A DNA stretch of 64,000 bases from Lytechinus pictus (lineage: Eukaryota). A program made the translations under genes and the position numbers. Shown here piece after piece: positions 50,144-63,600 of the stretch. The stretch lies in the NCBI RefSeq assembly GCF_037042905.1, contig NC_087246.1, forward strand, positions 13,780,233 to 13,844,232, written 5' to 3'. Each line of letters starts with the position of its first letter. Position 1 is the stretch's first letter. Below the pieces are notes generated by a model that was not told the origin of the DNA, ran no database searches, and was given only the letters and a program-made list of their open reading frames with translations.

Positions 50144-50951
50144 CTGTGTGGTAGAAATAAAAGATAAAAAATATAAGTAAAATGGTTAGTATTGATTTCA
50201 ATACCAACTGTATATCTAAAATAGTTACATATGTATTATATAATGCTAAATACAATACTCCAGCTTTGTATACATTACCATTAAACCTTTAAGCCTGCAA
50301 TTTATCTTCAGACCTTTTTGATTTACCATGACATTGTAATGCTTTATAGCTTGCATAGTTTCTGTTATAGGTGGCATTTTAACACAAGCATAAACTTCTT
50401 CAATGTGAAGTTAATGAGTTGAATAAATCACTTAGACAGGGGATATCCTGGTAAAAAAAATCAATAAACATGTACATGTGCAGTCTGTCTGAATTCTGAA
50501 TGAAAGCCTTTTTTATTAAATACACTGTATGATGAATAATAGCAAATCAGTGACAAGGTAAAAAGTAGTGATAGAGTTCTCATACCATAGCATCTTTAGA
50601 TACGTTGGTCAAAGATTAATGTAAAATTTTCAATGAAATCTCTCCAATTATCCTCATCATTTCCAAAGTACATGTATTTAGTATTAATAGTTAAATAATA
50701 AGGAATTCCTTAAACCTTGAAGTCCATTTTTTAAATGAAATATGAAACAAACTTGAATGAATTTAAAATCACAACATAGTTTTTACATCATGCACATAAA
50801 ATAATGGCATTATTCTCTTTATAATTTTGGGCAAAAGCTTTTCCATATTCTACATTCAATCATTCTCTTTTTAATAATTAGTTTGACTTGTGCATGGTAT
50901 CATGATCAAAGTTTTCTTCATTTTAAATGAATTAATCAATAATTAACTTAC

Positions 50952-53108
50952 CTTTCTGAAGCATATCTGCCAATTCCGAGTGGTTGAATCTGGCTGTCCA
51001 ATATTGCTCTCGATCCATCGACTTCTTCTTCAGGTTATTATTCTCTCCCACTGTGGTATGAGGGATATTGTTCTTATTGCCACTTGCAAGAATGGCAGCA
51101 AGGCTTGCAGGTACTGATGGCACTGTAGAGGTACTGTCCGGAGTAGTCTTCCGGATATGGTGATTGTCACTTTTGTCAATGTTCTGGGGACTCTTGGAAA
51201 TCCAAGCCTTTTCCAGATCAGCACAACTGACCTGGTTAGGAGGTGGAGATGGAGAGCTGGCATTGGTTTGATTCTCTGGGTTATTGACAGGAGAGGGTTG
51301 AGGCACAGGCTTGGAATCAGATTTACCCTTTGGCTGTTGGTTGCTTTGCGTCACATCATCAATCAGTTCGAAATCACTCTCGCAGAATTTCACTGAACCA
51401 AACGTAATGTCAAAGCTATCAGCTGGCACTGCTTCAAAAGGGAAGGAGTTGTCCTGGATGACAGGAGTACCCTCTGACGTCAAGTTAAGGCTAGTTTCAG
51501 ATTTGACTGTCCGCATACTGTCCTTGTCTTTAGTATTGGCACTAGATGATTTCTTGGGCACCACTGCCGGAGCAGGTGGTGCAGAGTCGAGGCTTACAGC
51601 TTTATGGCTGCTCTCTAGTTTACTTGCCCTAGCTGGTTTCATATCATCACTAGCTTTTGATGTATCCTGCTGGGTGCTAAGTACTTTACTCAGTGTTTTA
51701 GTGTCTGTTGACTTGTTAATGCTTTGTTTAAGGCGTGCTGCGTAAGTGTCATTGGAGCATTGCAAGTCAAGATATTGCACAACATTATCTGCACTTGTAT
51801 TGTCCAGTTTTGGCAACTCGGCATCCGGTATACGGCCCATATCACGTGGGAGACTTGCTGATTTGGCAGCTGTCGCAGCACCAACTACACCACTACCATA
51901 TGCTTTGGCAGGAATATCACTAAGATCAGTCTGACTGTCCAATTCTCCAGTAGTAGATGATGTAGAAGACTTTGTTTCAAAATTGTCCTTTACTTCTGGT
52001 GGCTTTATCAAAGGAGGGTCTTGTTGCTGTTCTCTGCCATCTGTTGCACTACAAGTAAGAGAAACTGAAAGTGTTTTACATGGACTATCATCCGCTTTGC
52101 TTTCCTGCTGATCTCCAACAATGAGCTGATTTTCCTGGGTTTTTTTAACACTCCCACTAGGAGGAACAGGTGGTTTAGCTTTAAGTTTGGCTGCATAAGA
52201 GTTGGCAGAAACTGGTGGGGGAGGTTTCTCAGCACTCTCGTCTGTAGGTATACTGTCTGGTCTAGGCGATAAGCTGTGAAACTCCTCTCTCAGATTATGG
52301 TGGCGGGAAAAGGAAGCATGCCTATGTACTGGTCTATTATCGCTCACATCCATCCATTTGGACATGCCCGATGGCTCACTGCTGGATTTACGTAATTTAG
52401 GATCAAATGGTCCACTGTAATAAGAGCGTCGGAGGTTATCTGCAGGTGAAGGTCTAAAACTGTATCTATCCTCTGCAGCATATGCCCTCCTCTTGCTCTT
52501 CTTTATTCCATATGTTTGCCACTCACTACCATTTGCTTCATCTTCATCACGAAAATTCTCGTCCATGGAGCTCTCTTGGCTTGCCTTTATACTTGTATCC
52601 TCGCTGCTTTTTCCTGCATCATTTCCACTTTCTGATTCATTATCAGATGTATTGACTTCCTTTGCAGCACTTTTATCACCATCTAATTTAACCAACTTAT
52701 CATTTAAAGGCTTTTTATCATTTGAAGATTGATGTGTAGTCCTTAGAGCATCATCTTTATCTGACATGTCTAGTGATTTTGGCCGGTCAGGCTTCCCAGA
52801 AGAAACTCTCTTGTCTGATTTGTTGATGGCTTTGTTGTCTTCAAGAGTTGAATCCACTAGTTTCTTTGCATTATTTGTCTGTTTCTTGTCATTTTTGTTT
52901 TCTGTTTTCTTATTCTTCGTTGAAGGTGCAGATGATTTAGAAGGTGCTCCACTGGGTCCATTCAGAGTTTTTAAATTGGACGAAGATTGTGAGACTGCAT
53001 CTGTTATTTTATTACTGTCTTCTGCCCCAGATGTGCCCGGTGATGTAAGTGCTTTGTTCTCATGATCAGATGAGTTGGCTGTTCCACCTGGATCTGCTTC
53101 AGTATTTC
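50952..53108 (-). CDS. Exon 3 of the uncharacterised gene: 2157 nt, about 719 aa, S/T/P/K/D-rich and low-complexity (…YWTARFNHSELADMLQK-).
   Basis: Contains ORF 50932..52857 (641 aa) and extends upstream in frame to acceptor tttctgcag|GA at 53108. Donor AAAG|gtaagt at 50952. Low hydrophobicity and no repeats of a simple unit, so it is not a microsatellite artefact. Confidence 0.8.
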
Positions 53109-54440
53109 CTGCAGAAATATGATAACAAAATACAACTCGTGTTAATGACTTCTCTGTATATCATGAGATTGAACATTCAAAGAACATGTACAAAGGAGCT
53201 ATCACTATTGGTTTACAATATTTTTTTAACAATCGAAACAGCCTAAAATAGGACCACAACCAATTATGAATCCCCCTTCAGAAGATACCATTCTCAAGTT
53301 TAAAAGACATACCTAAATTTAACAACCCCCCCCCAAAAAAAAATAAAAAAATATCACTGAAGGTGATTAATACCCCCACTCTATGCCGTTTCCATGGTAA
53401 TGCAATTTCCAACACAAGGAATAAAATATGTCTTGCCCATCTTCACCCCAAGACCAATGTGTCAGCCAAATTTCATGAGAATTCGTTAAAAGTAAAAAAA
53501 AATGATAAAGTAGTTTACCTAATTTTTGCCATATAACATGTTGTTACACTGGCAAAACAATTTCTAACACATGCATAAAATTAAAAATGTGTCTTGCACA
53601 TCTATAATATCCCAAGACAAATATGTTCAATTTCATAATTGGTTTATAAAAACTGAGGAAGTACATGTAGTTCAAACTGCAAGATGCCAATGATACTAAA
53701 AGACATCAACTACATGTACAGTAAGTCACATTTATCAAATTGATCTTATGAAGTGAGGCTGTAGTTACGGTAACTGTTTGTGGTAAGTGACATCGAGTAG
53801 CTCAATCAAAAATTTTCCTGGGGGGTGGGATACATGTAGATAATAATATATTAGATGACTTTATTTATGGATACCAGAAATATTCCACTCATCTTTGATT
53901 CATGGAATATTTGCTAAAACTCTTGGAATATCTCTGGTAGTCCATTCTGGGCCATCTAATATAATATAAATACCCATATGTGAAAAATCAGACCTAAAGG
54001 AAAGCTGGCAAATTTATGATACAAAAACGGTTTTCAATGAGGGAAGCTGCTCACATACTGTAAGCTTTAGCACCATCCCGGGTCAGGATGAAATTGATAA
54101 CAAATATGATTGGAAGCCTGCAAAAACAGGATATCATAACATTCGAGACTGATAAATTTAACCATGAAATTGACAAATCATGCATGCAAATAATCTTTCT
54201 ATAATTTTTTCATTTAAAGTTTGAAATTTAAAATGAGAAAATGCGAATATACATGTAAATAGCGAAATTTTAATCGCTCTAAACCAGCTTAGATTTTTAA
54301 TTCCTTTTACATTTACTATTAATTGTTACACCAATAATGATAAAATCAAACCTAGACCCGAAAGAAACAGTCAGGAATTTGTCTGTTCAACTGTACCGTC
54401 TCAGCTATACTCGAAATACAACGGAATACAATCAACTGAC

Positions 54441-55506
54441 CTTTCTTTTTCTTTTTCCTTTTTCTCTTCTTCTTGGTGGGTTCATCTGCCATTTCGGGAC
54501 CCCCTAAGCCAATACCATCACCAAGCACTTCTGCTGTACTGCTTGCAGTTGGAGAGACTTCATCCTCTGGAGATGAAACAGCATTGACACCAGCAGATGT
54601 TTCAGGAGATTCAATGCTTCCATAGTTCTTTGGCAGCTTGCTGCTACATAGTCCCTCTTGCTCCCTACTGCTATCTACATGCAGTTTCACAGGCTGCATC
54701 TCCCGCTCCACAGGTTTCTCAACGACATTATTACCCAGGTTGCGGCGACTAAAGTCACTACTGCCTGACACATAGTTCAAAGCTACGGCATCAGAATGGT
54801 CAAGGCGCTCACTGTCAATGTACTCAGGTTTAGGACACGTTGAACTTTCTGGGAATTCAGAAGCATCAACTATATCTACAGCACGATTCATCAATTTGTT
54901 TATTGTATGTGGGGAAGGGCTGGAAGCAGATGCATTACTTCCTTGAGTACTGTCACAAGATTTTTTCTTTGTTGAAAGCAATTTATTTGAATTGGTGTTT
55001 TTAACACTGTTCTTTTCATCTACCTTTGGCTTGTTCACAATACTGCTAGTTGCACTCAGTTCTAATCCAAATGATATGTTAGCCCCAATATCAACATTGC
55101 TGTGATGAATTTCATTTTTAACTTGAGTGTCCTTGTTTGCTAGTGTTCCATGCTTCTTGCCAGTGACATGACTGACATCTTCCTTCTTTTCTTGAGGGGT
55201 TACATTATTCAAACATTTATCATTCACTGCATGTTTCAATTGGACATCAGATTTTTCTTCAGCAGACGCATTCTTGACAGAAGTAACTGAAAGTGCTGTA
55301 GTCTTGCCATCTACCCCAGCACTGATGCCTGCAGTTTCATCTGTGGCAGCCATATGGCAAGAAACAGTCTGTGCTTTCGGGGGATCACAGGGATGTTGTT
55401 CAAATACCAGAGGCTGAAAGTCGGTGACAGAGCCGGTAATCAAAATATCAAATTCCTTATCTGGTAGTTCAGCTATCCGTCTTGCTGTCTCTTTCAGGCG
55501 ATCAAT
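54441..55506 (-). CDS. Exon 2 of the uncharacterised Ser/Lys-rich gene (IDRLKETARRIAELPDKEFDILITGSVTDFQPLVFEQ ... EPTKKKRKRKKKKK-), 1066 nt.
   Basis: Long open frame, part of ORF 54352..55536. Acceptor ttctatacag|ATT, donor AAAG|gtcagt. Contains a classical basic NLS-like cluster. Phase-compatible with the exons on both sides. Confidence 0.7.
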
Positions 55507-57561
55507 CTGTATAGAAAAAACAGAAGCAAAGTACAAGCAGTGAACATTCAGTATTTCCGCAAATCACAATACCGCACCGAACTATGACATCATATCATAA
55601 GCAGATTTTGTATTTCATATATTTTTTAATATACATGTAGCTCAGAGGAGCATGATGGAATATATCAAAAGCCCAAATTTGGTAAGAATTGGCTTAATTG
55701 GCTCAAGATACAGTATATCAATGAATACCAAATCAGCCCCACTGAAGTCAATGCAAATGTTTTCTTAAAGCCCATCTTAAGCTTTGGTAAAGGGTCAGTA
55801 ATGCAAACAAGCACAATCGTCATCGAATGCATTTTTTTATCATTAGAATTTAAATATGGCATATTTTATGGCGGTTAGGATTTAAATTTAAATCTAGTGA
55901 ACTCTCTCAGTGATGTTTTAATTTTTAATTAAAATAGCCATTTGAGCACAAACTTTTATACATACATGTACATATGTATATGTAGTTTCTGTAGTTATAT
56001 TAGAAAGCTACTGACAAAGATTAGATACTGAAATTTTCAACCCATTCCATGCTTGAGAAGGTATAAACTAGACAAAAATATGCAGATATTTTATTTTGAT
56101 CGGGCACCCAACCGAATTAAAATGTAACGAAAAATCTGTAAATTTATCCAATTAAAACACGTTTTAAGTTTAGATCCTTCACACCACAGCCACTTGGAGC
56201 ACATGCATTAAAATAATCCATTAATGAAATGGAATACATGTAGTGACATGCACTTTGGGGGGTTTACTTAAAATAAAGATAGGCTTTAATACACATTACA
56301 TGTACTTTTTACCCTCCATCATAACATTACCTATAAAGCAGCCCTTTGAAATGCCAAGAGTATGTGTAAAACTCTAGGTCATAAGTTTTTACAACTGTGA
56401 ACAAAGTTAAATTTCAATAATTGTTTGTGTGATTTTTCTTTCAAAACTGCCATGTTTTCTCCATTCTTTTCAAATAAATTTCCATTTTGGGTTGAACTTG
56501 GATCAGGATGCCCCTTCAACTGCACAAAAATAATGCTTTATTTGCTGTCCTGAGATACATGCAAATAATGGCGAGCAATTGTGCAATTCAGATTTTGTTG
56601 TACTTAATATTCCTTCAATCCAGTGTCTTTGGCAAAAAAAAAATCCAGCATTTTAATGCATGAACCCAAGGTACTGTACGTACATGTATGTATACTTAGC
56701 TAAACGTCAAGAGCATTTAAGCATGCATGTTCCCTGAAAACCATGGGCGGTATTCTGAGATCAATTATCCTTGAAATTGTTTATTTTACCTCTAAAATGA
56801 AATTGGTATTCTGAGATCAATTTAACCTCTCTAGTCTGGGACTAAAAATTTCATATTCATCTCAGATAAATGTTAATTTTTAATCATGTGTATAGATGAT
56901 ATGCAACGAACGGAGCAGTGCCTATGTAAAAATCCATCGCTTTCTAACCATTGCAACATAGATGATGTGCTCGCTCCCATGTTACTTTGAAGATAAAAAC
57001 AATACGCTTAAAATAGGGTGGGGCTATTTCATCTCTGCGTTATCAATTTCAGCAAAATTTCTAGGTGAATGTTAAACTAAATTGAAACGATTAAAGACAT
57101 GTTAGCATATATAATGCAAGCGTATTTGAATGTATTGAAATTGATGCACTTGCTCATTTGCCTCACTTCTGGGCAGAAAGGATTTTCATTGGTTGAATGC
57201 TGAGAAAGCTAAAAGCAGCTACAAACTAGCAACTGTAATAGCACTGTAATAAGTCCTCTCTACTCACATCTTGCCAGCAAAATGCTACATTCAGAGCTGT
57301 GTGTGTAGTCTTGTCGTATGCCCAAAATTGAATGATAACATCTAATTCACCACTCAATTCAATCATACAAAATTACATGTAATTGCATGTATGTATACCA
57401 CGGTAGCAATATTACATGTATGTACATGTAAGTACTTTCCCCTCACATACATTTCAGTTTCTCTATTAAATTGAAGGCTAGTTTATGAGCTGTATTATTG
57501 ATGATTATCTCAAATGTTTATTTTTAAGACTACATGTACTTCATAATTGCACACAGTGACG

Positions 57562-57604
57562 TGTGGTCTCTGACAGACTGTGACACAGTCTGTCAGAGAC
57601 CACA
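57562..57604. repeat. Perfect 43-bp palindrome (tgtggtctctgacagactgtg-a-cacagtctgtcagagaccaca).
   Basis: Arms of 21 nt are exact reverse complements. Immediately preceded by tgacgtg. Confidence 0.9.
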
Positions 57605-57939
57605 CAAAATGTTGGTCAGTTTGCTTCCCCTTCAAACAGCCATTCTTAATGGACATTGCTTCATATTAGGCATGCTATATACAAGGCTACATGTACATGG
57701 TATGTAATGATGTACATGTATATAAATCATTTGAGATTCATGTGCATGTACATGTACTTGTAACTAAATTCCACCAACTGGCATTCCGCCATATGATGCA
57801 TTTGTGAATGTAAATACTTAATACTTCCATATGGCCAGCATAAGCAACAGTGACTGTTTTAAGATTGTATTCTTCACCAAGTAAAGGATTACCTGATAGA
57901 CTCTATTCAATACATTTCTAATGCAATGTGCTACCTGCA

Positions 57940-58215
57940 AGCCAGGGCCCTGGGAACGATTTTTTTGGCTGGGGGTGCTGCAGTAAATTTGACATGCAAA
58001 AAAAAAAGGCCTTCACTACGAAATGAAGGTCGTTTTAGTCCGAATAAATTTGACAAGCAAAAAAAAAATGTAGTTTTGGTCTTAAAGTATTATGATAAGC
58101 AAAGAAATAAAAAGGTTTTCACTACAAAATGAAGGTCGTTTTGGCCCAAAGAAATCTGACAAGCAAAAAAAAAAAAATCTTGGGGGTGCTGAAGCACCCC
58201 CAGCACACCCGCTCC
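57940..58215. repeat. Second member of the aaatttgacaagcaaaaaaa / cactacgaaatgaaggtcgtttt repeat family, bounded by the inverted pair gggggtgctg ... cagcaccccc.
   Basis: Three copies of the gacaagc+A10-13 motif, two copies of cactac(g/a)aaatgaaggtcgtttt, and termini ggctgggggtgctgcag / gggggtgctgaagcacccccagc. Confidence 0.5.
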
Positions 58216-59639
58216 CCAGGGCCATGCCCCACAGGCGATGTGTAACCCCTGTATGATAACTGACACCCCCCCTAGAAAATGAAAGCTGAATATATTTTTT
58301 CAAACCAAAGTATTGTTATGAACAGCAAACTAAAGTGTACTTAAGGGGAGCATGTTTAGTCTTTGGTCATTTGTCATATCAAAGGTGAAGTCCACCCCAG
58401 GAAAATGTTGATTTGAATAGAGAAAAATCAAACTAGCATAATGCTGAAAATATCATCAAAATCAGACGTAAAATAAGAAAGTTATGACATTTTAAAGATT
58501 TGCTTATTTTTCACAAAACGGTTATATTATATGCACAACTCAGTGACATGCAAATGAGACAGTTGATGATGACCCTCACTCACTATTTCTTTTGTTTTTA
58601 TTGTTTTAATTGTATACAATATTTCATTTTTTACAGATTTGACAATAAGGACCATGTTGACTCAACCATATGGTATTGTACAATGCTAATTCCACATGTT
58701 CAGGGAGGAATTAATCATTGTTTCACTTGACAATGAGGAGAAAATTAGAATATTTCGTATTTCAGAAAGAGTTCCATATGCACCCCCCACCAAAAATAAC
58801 AAGATTGTTGAGACTTCCGGTTCGTTCACTTCAGATTTTTTTTACTGTTGGCACCTTAGTTGGGACTCGAACTCACCACGTTTTATCTGCATGTCAAGAC
58901 CTCTTCCCGCTATGCTAGCGAGAAGCGCTGATACCGGAAGGGGTATTTTAACTATTATCAGCCGATAGTTTGACTAGTCTTGTCTCACAGACCCTTTACT
59001 GACTAAATAAACTGATGTCTATGGACAATTACACAGACTAGATCCTGTTCGAAATATGACAGAATAAAGCCATATTTTATTTCCACTCCCCCATCATATA
59101 CATGTATGTTCTAATATCGGGCTAGATATATTATTCTAAACCTTCTCCATGTTTTTATTTTCAATTTTAGTGGGGGTGCATATGGAACTCTTGCCAACAT
59201 TTCATATAATAAAATACAAAAAAAATACTTGCATCGGCTGACAAATATCATGAATCTTTAAATTTTAAGGCAAGATTCATATTTATCCGCCGATGCAAGT
59301 ATTCTTTTAGATTAAGTTAGCACTGTTCATGATATTGTCGCCCTCTATACGTGTCTGGTAGCTAAGCTACAATAACAAAGACGGCAAGATGGTGACGATA
59401 ACAGACTGTGAGTAGATCTAAACGCTCCTCTTTTAATAATTTCATGTATTTAAACGTAATTGTACTAAAAAAAACAATGATTTTTGGCCAAAAGTTGCAA
59501 ACCAATATTGTAGGCCTAGCCCATTTATGATGGTGGTCCCCAAGTCTGCGCACCTAACAACTTCAGTTTGAATTTAATATGAATTTCTTTTTCACAAAAT
59601 CTTTCAGATATACAATGTTCCTTATGAGTATGGCAAGTT

Positions 59640-60080
59640 CCCCTACATGTAAGTCTGCGCAGTCCCCCTTGTCTGCGCATACGCGTATCTGCGCGATTCT
59701 AGTAAAAGAAGATACGCAACGAACACAAACTTTACACATCTAATGCATAGACAGATATTAATTACAAAATCCGACTCACAATGGTGGAAAAATAATGAAA
59801 TTTTGGCATTTCTTGTGACGGCCTCAAAATGCAGCCTTTCTCATCAAAATCCCCGAATTGCATGCAAAGTGAATGGTTGCGCAGACATGGGGCAAAATTT
59901 TTTGTTCAATCTGATAATTTGAGTCAGATTTTTTAATGAATATCTATAATCTGTCTACCGTATGTAGTGCATGTGTAAAGTCTGTGTTCGCTGCGTATCT
60001 TCTTTACTAGAAATTAGATTTAGAATAGCGCAGATACGCATGTGCGTAGACAAGGCAAGGGGGACTGCGCAGACTTGTCT
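59640..60080. mobile_element. Foldback or MITE element with about 100-bp inverted arms (59640-59740 and 59975-60080).
   Basis: Arm core gtctgcgcagtcccccttgtctgcgcatacgcgtatctgcgc...ctagtaaaagaagatacgcaacgaacac is mirrored by gtgttcgctgcgtatcttctttactag...gcgcagatacgcatgtgcgtagacaaggcaagggggactgcgcagac. In intron 1 of the Ser/Lys-rich gene. Confidence 0.6.
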
Positions 60081-60440
60081 TGACTCTTGCCTTTCTTGGA
60101 CTTGGGCCGAGTTGGGGGAACTTGCCAAGTTTGGGCTCAATCCAAAAGGCCTGGCTTAAGAAAACAAGTATTTTGGAGCAACATTTATTGTATCCCAATT
60201 CCTCGGTGCGTTAGAGCAATGGCATCCTGTCCCTGGCTCCATGGAGATTTCATTAAGCACGTTAGTGATATGACATCTCCACTGGAGTCAGTGGAGACTC
60301 CAGGAGCCTAGCTGGGGCCTGGCTGCGAATGTGGCCTGTGCTGTGCACACACACTTAACTGCCAGTGCAGTGCAGTGTATTTACTGTGTGGAGGGGATGA
60401 ACTGAAAGTGAAAAATTTATCCTTGTTTAACAAAATTTAC

Positions 60441-60602
60441 CTCTTCAGTAGGAAGACTAGATGGTATCAAGTTGTCATACACTTCTAGAAATACATCAGC
60501 ATTCTCTTGTTTAAGTGCCTTGGCTAAAAGAAGTACAACGTTATTCCTGTCCACCCCGAAATGTGTTAAACTATTATGGTCACATCTTCCACTGTCTGCC
60601 AT
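60441..60602 (-). CDS. Putative first coding exon of an uncharacterised Ser/Lys-rich protein gene (MADSGRCDHNSLTHFGVDRNNVVLLLAKALKQENADVFLEVYDNLIPSSLPTEE). ATG at 60602..60600 in Kozak context aaaATGG.
   Basis: Non-repetitive coding-like composition. Donor GAG|gtaaat in phase 0, matching the phase-0 acceptor of the next exon (55506). Part of ORF 60417..60665. Confidence 0.5.
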
Positions 60603-63600
60603 TTTTGGGTAGACAGTGTTGTTATGGCCTAACTGCGCATGCTCAGTTCCATTACAAACGAGCAATCTTGCCCGCGATGAATTGTCTGTCCAAGAAATGA
60701 CTACACCTCTTGATAATAGGCCTATCTTAAGTCGGTATTATATTAAGTGTACGCAAAATTCAAGCAAAACAGACACGAATTCTCGTAGGAGACTTACCCA
60801 TTAGCATTATATACTCTTCTGAATGATAGAGGAAAAACGGAAATGTTATTAATTTGTCACGATTTGTAGTGGGTTTCCTCATATGCCGGAATGGTACAGC
60901 CAGATTTTGTCATGGAAGAGGTGTGTACGAATAGTACACGTATACCATTGGTGCATATCATGCACGCGCCGAAGCACTTCGCGAATGATCTCATGAAAAA
61001 AAATATTGAGATCGGTCAAAGGTCTTTTCCACTCCAATAAATATCTTGAACTAAAGCAATATGATATTTGATTCAAATTTTTGGCATGAATCGGGTTTTT
61101 TTTTCTTTTACGTCTAGTCTCATAAATATGTGATGAACGAACAATGAAAGGTATAATGTATGTTTTCTTCTTACAAGTGAAAGAGTATAACCCCGGAAAT
61201 GGATAATGGATGCACGCCCACTTGCAAGTCATACCAAATTTGAAGTGAATACTAATGGTGTGAATACTGAGGGGGGGGGGGGGGCTTTTTAAAGAAATGT
61301 TTTCAGTTTTTTTTTATATTGGGGTGACCATGTGAGCCTATAAACTTGAAATTATTTTCATAATCAGGCACTCAGAGAGAAGGTGAAGTAGTTTGAGCCC
61401 GGGTATTGAGGCTTCAGAGAGAAGTTATAGATTGAACATTTCTACATCTTCTTTTGATAGCCTTCAGAATTACCGGAAATAGAACATCGACGGGTCGCTC
61501 ATGCAGTAGCGAGAGAAGTTACAAATTGAGCAGGCCCACTTGTTGTTGTTTGTTCTTCGACAAATTTTGTTCGTGACGAGTAACTTGCATCCAAGCCGGT
61601 GCTGAGGACAGCCCCCCCCCCTTAATTCTCTATAAACACAAAATAAAGAAATAGGCATGCATGCAAAAAAAAAGAAAATGAAGATTTGAGAAGTGAATTT
61701 GATAAATCACTTATTCATTACTTAGGCCTATCCATTTATATCCCCCCCCCCCACCCGTGCTTTGCATCCAATAGCCAATGCATGCAGTAGCAACCGGCAC
61801 CAATTAAGGGAAGAGGCATGAGGGCTTCTGCCCCCCCCCCCCCCTGTCAAAGCATTGCCCACCCCCCCCCCCCCAATTTCGAACACTGAAAAAAATGAAA
61901 TGCTTTCTTGTCCGCCTCTGCCCTCTCCCCCTCCTCCCCCCCCCAAAAAAAAAAGAGAAACTCTTCTGCCCCCTATCATAAACATACTGTTGCCGCTACT
62001 ATCCCAATTGAGCATTTCACATATTGTTTTAGCTTTCCGAAGGCTATCAGCATAAACGAAATTCTCAAGGCCATTAAAAGCAATTAAATGGGTACTACAG
62101 GCTGAAAATAATATTTGAACAGATAAAGAAAAAATCAGGAAAAAAAACACTTAAAATCTGATCAAAAATCGAACAAAGAATAACAAGGTCATGACATGGC
62201 ATTAATTTGCATAATGGTTAGTCGCGTGCATTTGAGTGTCCGAAAGTCCCTACACACAGCTTCAACACAGGGAACAGTGGTTTTCATGAACGTAATATTG
62301 CAGAAATCCGGGTATATCTTTATAACTATTGATAATCTCACACCAGATTGATAATAGTGTGAAAATTTTGTCCAATTTCATTAATTTGATGTAAATATTA
62401 TTACAATTAACTAACTATTTACGTCTCGCTGTTCATTTGAAAGTGCCCATGTTCACAACTCTTGCTATGGCAAATGGTCTAAAACCACCCATATTTTCGA
62501 GACGCTGGCACCTTTGTTTTCCCATTGGAATATCCCTAAGGGTCAAGAAGGTCGAGATTGATTGTCATCTCAATGCTAAATAGATTACCTACTGTTTGAT
62601 GTATAGTACTTTATGGCTGGTATAATGGTTACATCTTATTTTTCTCCCAAACTTTGAGATCGAGCAGGCAGAACATGGCATATTTCTGTGTAGAACGTCA
62701 CGTGACTAACGTATGATAGTTTCCGTTCCTAGACCTTTTTCATTTGAAACAATTAATACAGTCCAAACAAACTTAATCAACGAATTTAATGTTGAAAGTA
62801 ACAATGTTCTTGTACTATAAAGCTTTGCCTACTGATATTTATAATATAGCTACAGTTTTAGAAAGCAAATATCGAGTCCGGAATTGATTTTGATTTGCAA
62901 TAGGGTCTGCGTAAATACACTACATACTAGCAGGCTAGCATCGTCTGCTACGTAAACCAAATGAGCGAATATGACCGAAACTAACCATTATGTGAAACAT
63001 TTTCCATGAATATTCAATGAGCAAATTGAGGTCATATCCCTAATTGTTCTTTTTGTTTTGTTTTTTGTTCTTTGTCCGAATACAAGTTTTATCCGCCTAG
63101 ACAATTAATTTGTGGAAAGCCTGACGAAATACTTATAGGGCCTATGGTTTTCTTGTATCATCATCATCATCACCACTTATTTCAGTCAGCATTGATATTT
63201 TTTAAGTGTTCGTATTATATCAATTACAAAATTGAATAAGGATTATTAAACGATTGCAAATCATACGAACACAAGATGGTTACACAAAAAAGGAAGGTAA
63301 CGGCAACAACAATAATTATAATAACCTTAATTCACATAAAACTTGATCTTTCATTTGTATTTCATATGAAATTATGTTTATTCAAATTTTGTCCTCCAAG
63401 AACTAAATAAATTGGATCAAAAATTAATTTAATGCACAATATATTAACAACTGCAACTTATTTTAATATATGGGATGCAAATCATTTACACGTGTAAAAA
63501 TAGGAAGTAATTATTATTTCAACAACATAAGAACAAAATGAGTGGATATGACATCATCAGCAAGACTAATGAATTTTCACAACGACGTGCATACTGTTTT

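Noticed and set aside
51030-52235. Alternative-frame ORFs inside the 2.1-kb exon (51030..51263, 51157..51396, 51311..51745, 51690..51884, 51735..51934, 52008..52235, 52493..52732, 52766..53065)
   Set aside because: Shadow ORFs overlapping the long, much better-supported minus-strand coding frame (50952..53108). No independent support.
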